The notes beneath the pieces are model-generated. The model was not told the DNA's origin, ran no database searches, and saw only the letters and a list, made by a program, of their open reading frames with translations. A stretch of DNA of 59,955 nucleotides, filler included, from Circinaria calcarea (lineage: Eukaryota), in the NCBI GenBank assembly GCA_051942165.1. It is 4 parts of 4 records of this genome, joined end to end, with 100 filler letters (N's around TTAATTAATTAA, not from the genome) between each part and the next. Parts side by side here need not be neighbours in the genome. Positions count along the whole stretch, not along the records: positions 1 to 14,922 come from JAVECS010000396.1; positions 15,023 to 29,942 come from JAVECS010000397.1; 2 more parts are not named here. One strand, written 5' to 3'. This document shows, piece by piece, positions 13,501-24,669 of this stretch; within the stretch, counting starts at the first letter, position 1; the number at the start of each line of letters is the position of its first letter. The position numbers were made by a program, and so were the translations under genes.

Positions 13501-14922
13501 AATGCAGACATCTCAACGTGGCCCCAGGTCTAAGGTATCCCCGAAACTTTCCCCTCATCGTAATGCATTCCCCCGTCGTCCGAGCCCCAACTCCTTTTGC
13601 TTACTATACCCGTCACCCCGCATACAACCTGTTCACACCGCCCTATCAGCCACAAAAAGCATCTTTCGATTTAGAATAGCTCCCCCAATCCTTTAAAAAA
13701 AATTGATAGTTCTCCGAGATCTCCAATCATACTTTGAATGGGAGGCACCCCTCTTCCATTAATGCTTGAAACCGAAAACTCCCTCAACCACGGCCTCCTG
13801 TAACCCACTTTTTTTGTTTTTTGTTTTTTTACGTACCAGGGCTCTCCTCCAACCAAGTCTCCTGCATTCCTTCCACCCACACACTCACATAACTCCTTTT
13901 ACCTATTCCACTCCTTTACACCCGCCCCACCCACTCACGCAATGACTCCAACTACATCAAATCCTCCTGTGCACCCATAATACCCAATACAAGTCCTATT
14001 TACCCCCTACCCTACCCTACCCTACCTAACCAATGGAAGACCCCCAACCTCAATGCAATTTTGATACCGGTCGATAAAAATGGAAACGGGCGGAAAACGC
14101 GTTTCTGCCATGGAGAACAACAAAGGACCGCTATTTGCCTCCCCACTCAAGAGATCCCACTCAACGGGGATCTCCAAAGGCCCTACCATTTCCCCGTCGC
14201 GAGGCCACACCCGCCCGACCCCAAGAACAAGTTCTAATGACGATCGATCACCTGCAAGTACGAACTTCCACGCAATCGCCCTTCAAAACTGAACTGACCT
14301 TGGATAAGAAGCTAAAGGATCGATCCTTTCCTATGGTACCTGGGCCAAGGATACTGATTTTTTTTGGTTAACCATTACCAAAACGCGGCAGAAATGTTCA
14401 TGTCATGTTCCTGTTCCTGTTCTGTTTGTGGGCCACAAGGGGTGTGTGTGTGCCGCACGGTTGTTATCTTTCTACCATAGCCTAGTGGATTTTGTATTTT
14501 TTTCTATGTACATTTTACTTTATTTCTGATGTTCAACTTTTTTTCCCAATGAACGAGAAAAAAGAAAAGGCCATCTTTATACAGATTCTTTTGGTTTTTA
14601 TTTTTTTTTAACTGTTCCCCCCCGCATCCCACAAGTCCAAGTCCAAAGTAGACTGTAGGGGCCGAGAGGCTACGGTACAGGTACAAGGGGGTTTTCATAA
14701 CTTTGTCATAAATAAATAGAACAAAAGCTATAAAAGCCTATAGTTCAAAATCCGATAGTTGTAATCTGATTTATTTAAGAAACCCCCCCCCACACCCATG
14801 TTTTAGTTAAGCACGAAACGTTTGACCGGAGGTTATTTCATTATTCCATCAACCCCACCCCCAGGGGGGAAATTCTCGGATTTTCAATCTCAACTCTTCT
14901 CAATACCTACCCACCTCTCTCC

Positions 14923-15022
14923 NNNNNNNNNNNNNNNNNNNNNNNNNNNNNNNNNNNNNNNNNNNNTTAATTAATTAANNNNNNNNNNNNNNNNNNNNNN
15001 NNNNNNNNNNNNNNNNNNNNNN
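14923..15022. other. Artificial contig-joining spacer (N44-TTAATTAATTAA-N44)
   Basis: Identical 100-nt spacer occurs three times; TTAATTAATTAA puts stops in all six frames. Confidence 0.98.
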
Positions 15023-16283
15023 GGGGAGAGGGTGGGGCCGATGCAGAGGATGAAGGTGCAGAGGAGGGAGTAGAGGTGTAGGATTGTGGTGAGGTAGGTG
15101 TGGGCGGAGAGGACAGAGGGAAGGGGGGTTTGGGAATTCGCTTTGGTGGGAGTTGACTCTTGAGTGGAGGGAAGGGGTTCTGGTATATTGGCGGGAGCGA
15201 GAAGGCGACCGAAGACCCCTCGGCTGCTTTCTTCAATGGGTTGGAAGAGCATGCGAGCCAAGAGGCTTCCGTAGTTCGAAGCGAGGGCGTAGATGCCTTG
15301 GGAGGAGAGACTGGTGAACAGGGCGATTAAGACGGAGTCGCCTTGGGTGAGGAGGTGTTTGAGACCGGATTGGGCATAGAGATTGAGGGCTAGGGTGAGG
15401 ATGGGGCGGGAGAAGCGGGAGAGAATGTATTGGGAGGAACTAGCATATGTTAACGAAGAAGTCTGCATAATGATTCTCAAGATAGATACTTTGAACTCAA
15501 CGGACGGGGCAACATTGAAAACCCTCCATTATAGGCTTTGCTCCAGACCCTGCTATAATAAACCACGTTGAGAACGGTTGCATAACCCAATTGACCAATT
15601 GCAAAGGGCAACGCCCCTAGATCTTGCCTTGATCGGCTAGAATATATCGCCAAGGAGCAAGTCAACATACATCTAGTAAAGGTTGCAGACGTTTCGGCTG
15701 ATGCGCGGACACCATAAAGCATTTGCTGCTGGCCAACAACAAAGCATGGCTCACTGAGAAGCTCGATGAAGGCGGCCAGTGCGTATAGGTTTAGAGAAGA
15801 GTGAATATAGGGTGTAGCTAGTACTGCGGGTTCAGCTTTGCGGATGTAGAGTCTTGCGAGGAGGTATGCCAGTGGTGCTCCTAGTACTATGGCGATGTAG
15901 GAGAGGTTGACGACTTCCTGGGCTCTTCGGGCGTGGACATGGCTCTGTGCCCCTTTCTGAATTTCGTCTTTCTCCTTCTCGTGGACTGCCCTGGATTCGC
16001 CATCGGTGATAGTAGCGTCACCCGTTTGCCTCTGCAGCGCAACGCGGAGGCTTTCACGTGCGAAGTACAATACAGATATTGAATACAACTCTAATTGGGT
16101 CGAGATGCCCATCAACTCCGGGGACAGGTAGCGCAGCAGGATCTGGTTGACGATGAATGTTAGGCCTCGCGATCCGACCTGGAGGCAGATGAGGAAAGTG
16201 GCCCCTTGGGCGGACTTTGCAAACAGTGATTGAGATTCTTTCTTGCCATGGCCCAGTGTCTCCTTTGAGTCGATTTCGCTCAT
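15023..16283 (-). CDS. RFT1: Man5GlcNAc2-PP-dolichol translocation protein Rft1, 3' end truncated by contig edge
   Basis: GATFLICLQVGSRGLTFIVNQILLRYLSPE...YFARESLRVALQRQ and KHLLTQGD...YALASNYGSLLARMLFQPIEESSR are Rft1 motifs; one intron near 15440-15489. Confidence 0.93.
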
Positions 16284-16776
16284 CTCATCATGCAATGAAT
16301 GATGGCCGACTTGGGGACAGCACTGGAGTACGGTTCAAAAGAAGTCGGGAGATGCTCAACTTTGTTATTTTTAGGTCTCCCAACAAAGCATTCCAGAGCA
16401 AATGTGCAACGAAATGGGGATGTGAATGGATGTACCATTCAATGCGTGTCTGTCTCCTAATTTGCGCGTGCTTACAACCCACCTTCTGCGAGAGAGTCCA
16501 AATGGCTGGTCCCCATAGTATGAAACACAACGCTAATGGTCCTAGAAAGCTCCTGTTGGTGAAATCCTATCATCTACTGGAGGCTGCTGCCAAGATTCTG
16601 TTGATGTTTTAAGATAGATTAGAAGAATCTCAGTGTGGACTAGCCAGTGTGTTGCACTTACTGCTGGACTTGAGTAACATTTGGATCTGAGTGGTATTGT
16701 TTTTTAAAAATATGATATTGGTCCACTCTCCTGAACTACGTTGTTCAATTTAATTATTCTACATGCTGCGTTTAAG

Positions 16777-18015
16777 CTATCTCAGTGAGAACTCCCTCTT
16801 CTTGCGACCTGCTTCCTCCCTTTGACTTTGCATTATCTTCCTGATATCTGTGACCTCTAGAAGTATGCCTTCCATCTGCTCTTCCAAGCCAGTCTCAGCC
16901 ATTGTATCACCCTTGTAGCTGTTCCCCTTTGCTGGAATTTCCTGGATAACCTCGTGTTCTCTATGTATTTGCCCTGCTGAGTATGGGCGTATGAATTGTG
17001 GTAGGAATACCATTCTCTGCAGTCGAGCCTCTACTATTGCTAGCCTATTCTCGTAATATTGAATGGTGTTTGGTGTTACCCGGTAGACCTCTCCTTGTTG
17101 GCTGTCGTAAATGAGGGTTTCAGTTCTCTGCTTCGGGCGTTCATCGGAATCTTTCTCCCATAAACCAGGCTGGGCTATCTTCTGTAGCTCCGAAGATCTC
17201 ACGTTGTCCAGTAACCATGGTCCTCGGGCATTCTTTGCTGCCGTAGTAAGAGAAAAGTCCGTTTGGCTGTTCAAGTGAACGAAGTACGAGCATCGTATTT
17301 TGTTCAGGGCGCTTCGTATTTCGGTCTGTAAACTCTGCTGCTTGCGTGTGTGCTTGTTCCGAGCTCTGACATCCTGAAAAATGACAGCCAATGTCGACTC
17401 ATCGCGAAGCAGTGTTTCTGCGAGCAGATCCCACTGTCGATGCATTACAAGCTTGCTGATTAGGTTGTCGGAGGCCTTGGGACAGATGCGCGACGGATAG
17501 GAAGCTATGCGTTTCCGGACCCATTCTTTGTCCAAGCCGAAGATCTCCGCTGGCCTATCGACATATCTCGATATATCATCATTGAAACCTGTTACTCGAA
17601 ACCGGAACGGAGAGAGCTTGAATGTTGGTTCACCGAGGCTTTTGGCTTCGAGACATCTTTGGAGGCTAACGAAGAGACCTGTTCTAGTACGCCAATGGAC
17701 AGCCCTGGGTACTGAACCCAGCTTCAGTGAATGGTCTCCAAGGCCATTAATGGGAGGAGAAGAAACGTGCAGAAGGTAGTCTTGAGCCAGGCAGTGCTGG
17801 AGGAAGGCACGAAGCTCATCGACAGCCCTCTGTTCCTTTGGGGTAAGCATAGGTTTTGTGGGGTATCGTGAGGTTGAATGCTCTGCAGATGGTAAAGCGG
17901 AATCGATGATAACTCCATTGGCACCGTCCAGATTGGTAATATCACCGCTGTGTACAGATGAAGAGCATGTACTCCCAAGTCTCGTATAAGCACCAGCCAT
18001 TTCCTCACTTCCCAT
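16777..18015 (-). CDS. Hypothetical protein, 412 aa, intronless, no recognisable domain
   Basis: 1239-nt ATG-initiated open frame in otherwise unassigned space between RFT1 and OXP1. Confidence 0.65.
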   Translation of the reverse strand: MGSEEMAGAYTRLGSTCSSSVHSGDITNLDGANGVIIDSALPSAEHSTSRYPTKPMLTPKEQRAVDELRAFLQHCLAQDYLLHVSSPPINGLGDHSLKLGSVPRAVHWRTRTGLFVSLQRCLEAKSLGEPTFKLSPFRFRVTGFNDDISRYVDRPAEIFGLDKEWVRKRIASYPSRICPKASDNLISKLVMHRQWDLLAETLLRDESTLAVIFQDVRARNKHTRKQQSLQTEIRSALNKIRCSYFVHLNSQTDFSLTTAAKNARGPWLLDNVRSSELQKIAQPGLWEKDSDERPKQRTETLIYDSQQGEVYRVTPNTIQYYENRLAIVEARLQRMVFLPQFIRPYSAGQIHREHEVIQEIPAKGNSYKGDTMAETGLEEQMEGILLEVTDIRKIMQSQREEAGRKKREFSLR

Positions 18016-18933
18016 TCCTCCCGATACTGTAACCCAAACTTCTTGACGGGGACTTTTTTCTCTGCGAAGTCCGAAGTGCGGTGACTTCGAGTATTATATG
18101 TAGTATACATTTGGAAAGGACCACGGTCAGGACGTCAAAGCACAATGTTAAAAGTGGAGAATGGCGCACAGAGCAAGGAACGAAACTTCACCATTTCGAT
18201 GTGCTGTTCTCGAAGCATCTCGCGCGGTCCTTCGGTAACCAGTCTCTTTGTTATGTCACGGACCTTGCGGCCTTTCCATCCAGCACTTCCCAATGTCTGG
18301 ATTGTGACTGATCACCTCACGCGCATTCTAGTGGGCTATATAGTCGACGCTTATATACCAAGGACGCTTCATCTCCATACCTCGGAGAGAATATCATTTG
18401 GAGTAGCGGAAGTTATTAAAATATCTCATGTGAAAGAAAAGGCGACATTGATGGCGCAAGAGTTCGGTAACAGCTACGATTAGCCGCCGACTTCGGTGTT
18501 ATCGTACTACAACCTCCTCCGCATGGCTTCCCCTCTAGACATTCCGTAACTTGAACGTCATAATCAGATATTTTCCACGTACCGGAGGAAATCAACTGTG
18601 TATCTTTTTCCAGGTTAAATGAGCAAAAGTACACCAAGTTCTCCTCATCATCCCCGTGGGCGAGCGCATTGATTGCTTAAATGATAGTGCTTGGGTAGAC
18701 TACACTGTTTGTTTCAAATGCAATGTTCCTTTGTCTGTTGGCTGTAACCTCACTGTTTACATCCGGTCAAGATATCTCCATTTGAAGCTCGTCATCTTTA
18801 AATGTTTGCTCTTACCCTTTGCTCCTTCTACCCAGCTCTCTCTCCAGTTCATTTGACGCATCTGTAGTGGTTAGCCTTACTAAGATTTTCCATATTCCCG
18901 GTATAAAGTGTGGGGACCTGCCTTAGAGTCACC

Positions 18934-21900
18934 ATGGGGTCAGTTCCAAAGAAAAAGGGGATCCGTATTGCGATTGACGTAAGTGTTTCAGTCGTAGTCG
19001 CAGTCTACAAGGTACTCATGCTAGATAGAGAGGCGGTACCTTTACGGACTGTGTCGGCAATCCAGGCAGTGGTAAAATGAAAGACGACATTATCATAAAA
19101 CTTCTCTCGGAAGACCCGTCCAATTATGATGATGCCCCGCTGGAAGGAATCCGCAGACTACTCTCTAGGTTTACCGGGAGGGAAATACCTAGAGGGGAGC
19201 CGCTAGATACATCGGAGATTGAGAGTATCCGAATGGGCACCACTGTTGCCACGAATGCTCTTCTGGAGAGAAAAGGAGAAAATATTGCTATGGTGGTGAC
19301 AAAGGGCTTCAAGGACTGCCTCGAAATAGGAAACCAGGCCAGACCAAAGATTTTTGACTTGGCAATCCGGAAACCAGAGGTGTTGTATCAGAAGGTGCTT
19401 GAAATCGATGAAAGAGTAACACTGGAAGATTATGCAGAAGATCCCGAGAGAAGTACTACCCAGGCGGAACCGAGAGATAAAGCAGACCCGCAAGCGGAGC
19501 TCGTCCGTGGTCTATCATCCGAGGCGGTAAGGATCCTCAAACGACCTTCCGAAGCTACGGTACGGGATCAGCTGCAAGATCTTTACAACGAGGGCATCCG
19601 AAGTATCGCAGTCTGCCTGGTTCATGCATACACGTATCCCGATCACGAGGCCCTGGTCGGTCGTCTTGCACAGGAGATCGGCTTTGAGCATGTGAGCTTA
19701 AGTCATGAGCTTATGCCAATGATCAAGCTTGTTCCGCGGGCTACCTCGGCGTGCGCCGACGCTTACCTCACACCGGCCATCAAGAAGTATATTGCTGGTT
19801 TCCAAGCCGGATTTAATGGAGGATTGGGAATCGAGTCTGTGAAGCATAAGGAAGGCGCAAAAGGCGCACGATGTGAATTCATGCAATCGGATGGTGGCCT
19901 AGTAGATGTTGATCACTTCTCTGGACTTCGTGCTATCCTCTCTGGTCCTGCAGGTGGTGTAGTTGGCTATGCCCTCACATCCTACGATCCCAAGACCAAA
20001 ACACCTGTTATTGGTTTTGACATGGGGGGTACTAGTACAGACGTCAGTCGCTATGGCTCGGGACGGTATGAGCATGTGTTTGAGACTACAACCGCAGGGG
20101 TCACCATACAGTCACCCCAGTTGGATATCAATACGGTAGCGGCAGGAGGTGGGTCTCGACTCTTCTTCCGCAATGGCCTATTTGTGGTCGGTCCAGAATC
20201 CGCAGGAGCACATCCTGGTCCAGCTTGTTATCGTAAAGGAGGACCGCTTACAGTCACCGATGCCAATCTTTTCCTAGGTCGTTTACTTCCAGATTTCTTC
20301 CCCAAGATATTCGGTAAAACTGAAGATCAAGGGCTGGACCAGAGTGCTAGTGAGAAGCTGTTTCAGGAATTGACCGAGCAGATCAATAAGGAGGTTGCTT
20401 CTAGTAAAGAATTAGATAAGACGATGACTCCCGACGAGGTTGCTTATGGCTTTATAAAGATAGCGAATGAGACCATGACACGTCCCATCAGATCTCTGAC
20501 TCAAGCTAAAGGTCATGACACTTCTCAGCATCGCCTTGCCACCTTTGGAGGGGCAGGAGGTCAACATGCTGTGGCAATTGCCGAAAGCTTGGGCATCCGC
20601 CAGATCCTGGTTCATCGATATTCCTCCGTTTTGTCCGCATATGGTATGGCACTTGCCGACGTAGTGGATGAAACGCAGGTCCCAGAGTCTAAAGTCTGGT
20701 CTGACGGGGGAGATGCTAAGCGTGATCTTAAGCGGAAGATGGATGAGCTGAAAGAGAAGTCGCGGAAGACGCTTTCTGATCAAGGATTCTCCCAAGAGAG
20801 CATTGTTTTCGAGGAGTATTTGAATATGAGATATAGAGGCACTGAATCTGCTCTTATGGTAGTTAAGCCTGAAAAGGGGGACTTCGCGAAAGAAGTCGGT
20901 GGTGATGGGTGGGAATTTGGCAAAGCATTTGTGAAACAACATGAGCAGGAGTTCGGATTTACTCTGCCTGATCGCGATATCATTGTTGATGACGTTCGGG
21001 TAAGGGGTATCGGGAAGAGTTTCGGGGGTTTGGAGAAAACTGTAGATCAGCAGTTGAAGGAGATCAAGCCAAAGGACCTTGGCGATGACAAGCGCTATAG
21101 TGTCTCGAAAATCTACTTTGAAGGTGGACGTCAGGACACTCCTATCTACAAGCTCGAAGACCTGGAGGTCGGGGATCTGATCCAGGGGCCGGCGGTAATA
21201 GCAGATGGCACACAGACAATTGTCGTGACACCAGGTGCGACAGCCCTTGTCATAGAAACGCATGTTGTTATCAACATCGGGAAGGGCGAAAGCCAGGACA
21301 CCAAAGTCAATGCCAAGGAAGTTGATCCGATAATGCTAAGTATTTTTGCTCATCGCTTTATGGCTATTGCGGAACAGATGGGCAGGGCGCTTCAGAAGAC
21401 TAGCGTCAGTACCAACGTCAAGGAAAGGTTGGACTATTCGTGTGCACTTTTTGACTCTGCTGGGGGCCTAGTGGCGAATGGTAGGACGGTACCTTGTGTT
21501 ACGGGAATCGGCTGACTGTCTTGCAGCACCCCATCTCCCCGTTCACCTAGGAAGTATGTCCACATGCGTCCGGACACAGGCTGAAATATGGAAAGGTAAG
21601 CTCAAGCATGGTGATGTTGTTGTTTCGAACCATCCAGAGTTCGGTGGCACCCATCTTCCGGACATTACCGTGATTACGCCTGCGTTCAATGGTGATGATA
21701 TAATATTCTATGTCGCGTCCCGTGCCCATCACGCAGATATCGGTGGTATTCTGCCTGGATCAATGCCGCCGCATTCTCGAGAGCTGTACCAAGAAGGGGC
21801 AGCGATCAAATCAGAGAAACTTGTTTCAGAAGGGCAGTTTAATGAAAAGCGAATCACCGAGCTCTTGTATGATGAGCCTGCACAATACCCTGAATGTAGT

Positions 21901-23197
21901 GGGACTCGATGTCTCGCAGATAATCTCAACGACCTGAAAGCACAGATAGCTGCCAACCAGAAAGGGATTAATCTTATAAGCACGCTCATTGAAGATTATG
22001 GAGAAGAGGTCGTGCAGTTTTACATGAGAAATATTCAAGATAATGCAGAGCTCAGTGTAAGGAATCTTTTGAAGGATGTGAGCCAGAGGTTCGAAGGGCG
22101 TGATCTAAGTGCAGTTGATTATATGGATGATGGAAGCCCCATAAAGCTCAAAATCACTATCGATGCTAAAAAGGGCGAAGCAGTCTTTGATTTTGCTGGG
22201 ACAGGGCCAGAAGTCTATGGTAGGCTCAAAATGGTGCGGGTGGTGATTGTGACACTGACCAGAACACCAGGTAATACAAATGCACCGGAAGCCGTCACTT
22301 ACTCAGCAATCATCTATTGCCTCCGGTGTCTCATCTCCGAAGACATTCCTCTCAACCAAGGTTGCCTTAAGCCTGTCGACGTACGAATACCACCCAAATC
22401 GTTCCTTTCTCCGTCCGACAAAGCCGCTGTAGTGGGTGGCAACGTTCTCACAGTACGATCTTCAATTTGTATCCCTTTGCATACCCGATGGCTAATTCCT
22501 GGATTAGAGTCAACGTGTTACCGATGTTATCTTTCGTTGCTTCCAAGCCTGTGCCGCCTCCCAAGGTGACTGCAACAACCTCACCTTTGGTTTCGGGGGC
22601 AACCAATCCACCGCCGACGACGCTGTCAAAGGTTTCGGCTACTACGAGACCATCGCTGGTGGTTCCGGTGCGGGGCCAACATGGGACGGCAGCAACGGCG
22701 TGCATACTCACATGACCAACACCCGGATCACGGACGCCGAAGTCTTTGAAAGGAGATACCCGGTCCTACTCCGAGAATTTAGCTTACGAGAAGGTAGTGG
22801 CGGTAAAGGCCAGCACCCGGGAGGCGAAGGAGTCGTTCGCGACATTGAATTCCGGATACCTGTACAAGTCAGTATCCTCAGCGAGCGCCGCGTGTTTCAC
22901 CCCTACGGTCTGGAAGGCGGTGAAGACGCAGCTTGCGGATTGAATTACTGGGTGAGGAAAGTGCAGAAGGGAGGGAGAGGAGAGGATGCGGAGGAATGGG
23001 AGGATCGGTATATCAACATGGGAGGCAAGAATACGGCGAGTATGCAGAAGGGAGAAAGAATTGTGGTCATGACCCCGGGTGGGGGTGGATGGGGCAAGGT
23101 CGGTGAAGCGAGCAAGGCGGTCAGGGGTAAGGATCATCAGGAGGCTTGGAGGAAAGGGAGTTTGGCGGCCAGGGCGGAAGCACAGGAGACAGCTTGA
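18934..23197 (+). CDS. OXP1: 5-oxoprolinase (hydantoinase A + B domains)
   Basis: [83 protein letters not shown] and TPGGGGWG motifs; four introns resolved. Confidence 0.97.
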
Positions 23198-23323
23198 TAG
23201 AAGATGGATAATTGGAGGTAACTGTATATTTCTTGTCACTAAGGATTAGCTGTAGTTGCTGCCCATCTAAGCCGAGCTCACGTGACCCCAGATGTTCTTG
23301 GCGTATGTACTTCAACAGCGTAT

Positions 23324-24262
23324 TCATTCGCCAGGTGGTGCGATCAGCACGATCAGATCACTGCCTATAGATCCTCCGTTAGCATGCTGCACCGCGGTCC
23401 TCCCATCGGCATCCCTCAACGCTCGGATATCTACGCCTCCCATCCTATGCTTCCTTTGTTCCGTGAGATCAGATTCTTCGGCAGCTTGTAGCACCTCGTG
23501 GGGAAAGAGATCGAGGTTAACTTGGGAGGCCAAGAATAGTAAAAGCCAGATTATTACAGGCTTATTGTGAATGACTGCAAGATGAAGGCCGGAATACATT
23601 GAGCCGAGGGGATCCTGATAGCGGAGGATATCGATGGCTACTCGAGGAGAGGTGGTTCCTTCGAACTCCATTGAGTCACCCTCCTCGTTATCATCATCTT
23701 CTTCATCATCCTCGTCGTCGTCTTGACGGGTATCCTTCAGTAGCTCAACAATAGCTTCTACATCTCCCTCCCTGCAGAACTCCAGGAAGGCGCGGCACTT
23801 GCGCTCCTTGGGGTATGATTTGAGATAACTTTCTTCGGCGAGCACAGGGAGGATATCGAGGTCGGTCTGTAAGCCTCCCTCGTTGTTAAGGTTGCAGAGA
23901 ACTTGTTCGGCACCGGATGGAGAGGCGCTTATGATGAGACGGGTGCAAGTCGGACAGTTGGGGGACTGGTAGGCGTCTAGGAGGCATTGCCTATATGCGG
24001 TAGGATTTTAGTATTAGCCTGGATCAGAAGCTACAATGAAAAGGGAGAACCAGCGTAACGCCGCAAGCTGTTGAACGAAGAAGACCGCATACCAATGGTA
24101 ATGGCATCCACACGCCAGCTCCACATCATCTGGGACTGTCTGGTGGCTCTTGCTGTTAGACGGTCCTGCCACATTTTGATCCTCGTCTTCTTCTTGTTTT
24201 TCTTCTTCTTCTGGCTCGATTTCCAATGTCAGTGGTGTCTGACAGACGGAGCAAGTTGTCAT
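23324..24262 (-). CDS. RING-like zinc finger plus ankyrin-like repeat protein
   Basis: CSVC...CGCHYHW/QCLLDAYQSPNCPTC across one intron; C-terminal FLEFCREGDVEAIVELL, SGLHLAVIHNK and DADGRTAVQHA segments are ankyrin-like. Confidence 0.75.
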
Positions 24263-24669
24263 CTTGACGAGTGGGATGCACGGGAAGGATTAGTCGAGGC
24301 GGGCCATGAGGACGAAAGGGAGGCATTCGGGTCTACCCATTGGGCTTGTTTGATAGTCAACCCATCAGTTACTCGCATTTTTCCACTGTTGGTTTGCAGC
24401 CATTTCAAAGTAGGTCTTTGCCTTGAAGTTCTAGAACGTTCATATAGATAGAAGATCTGCCGGGGGCGGACCCCACGCCTAGAACATCTATGGTAAGCTG
24501 ACACGCTTTGACGCGGATGGTTCTGACAAGAAGGAACGTTGCAACCATCAGGCTCAATGGTGCCAAACGGCCATTTACCAGAATAGCTAAGACTTAGATA
24601 AATAGCGCCTTTGCCTGTCGATTAATCCTAAGTCGCTTCTTCACATATGTATGCCTACGTACACAGACC

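Noticed and set aside
14967..14978. TTAATTAATTAA palindrome as a biological motif
   Set aside because: It is the synthetic six-frame stop linker inside the N spacers.
20412..21263. Long antisense ORFs inside OXP1 (also 54376-55119 opposite NIPSNAP and 50560-51030 opposite Arb2)
   Set aside because: Shadow frames of well-supported genes with no independent motifs.
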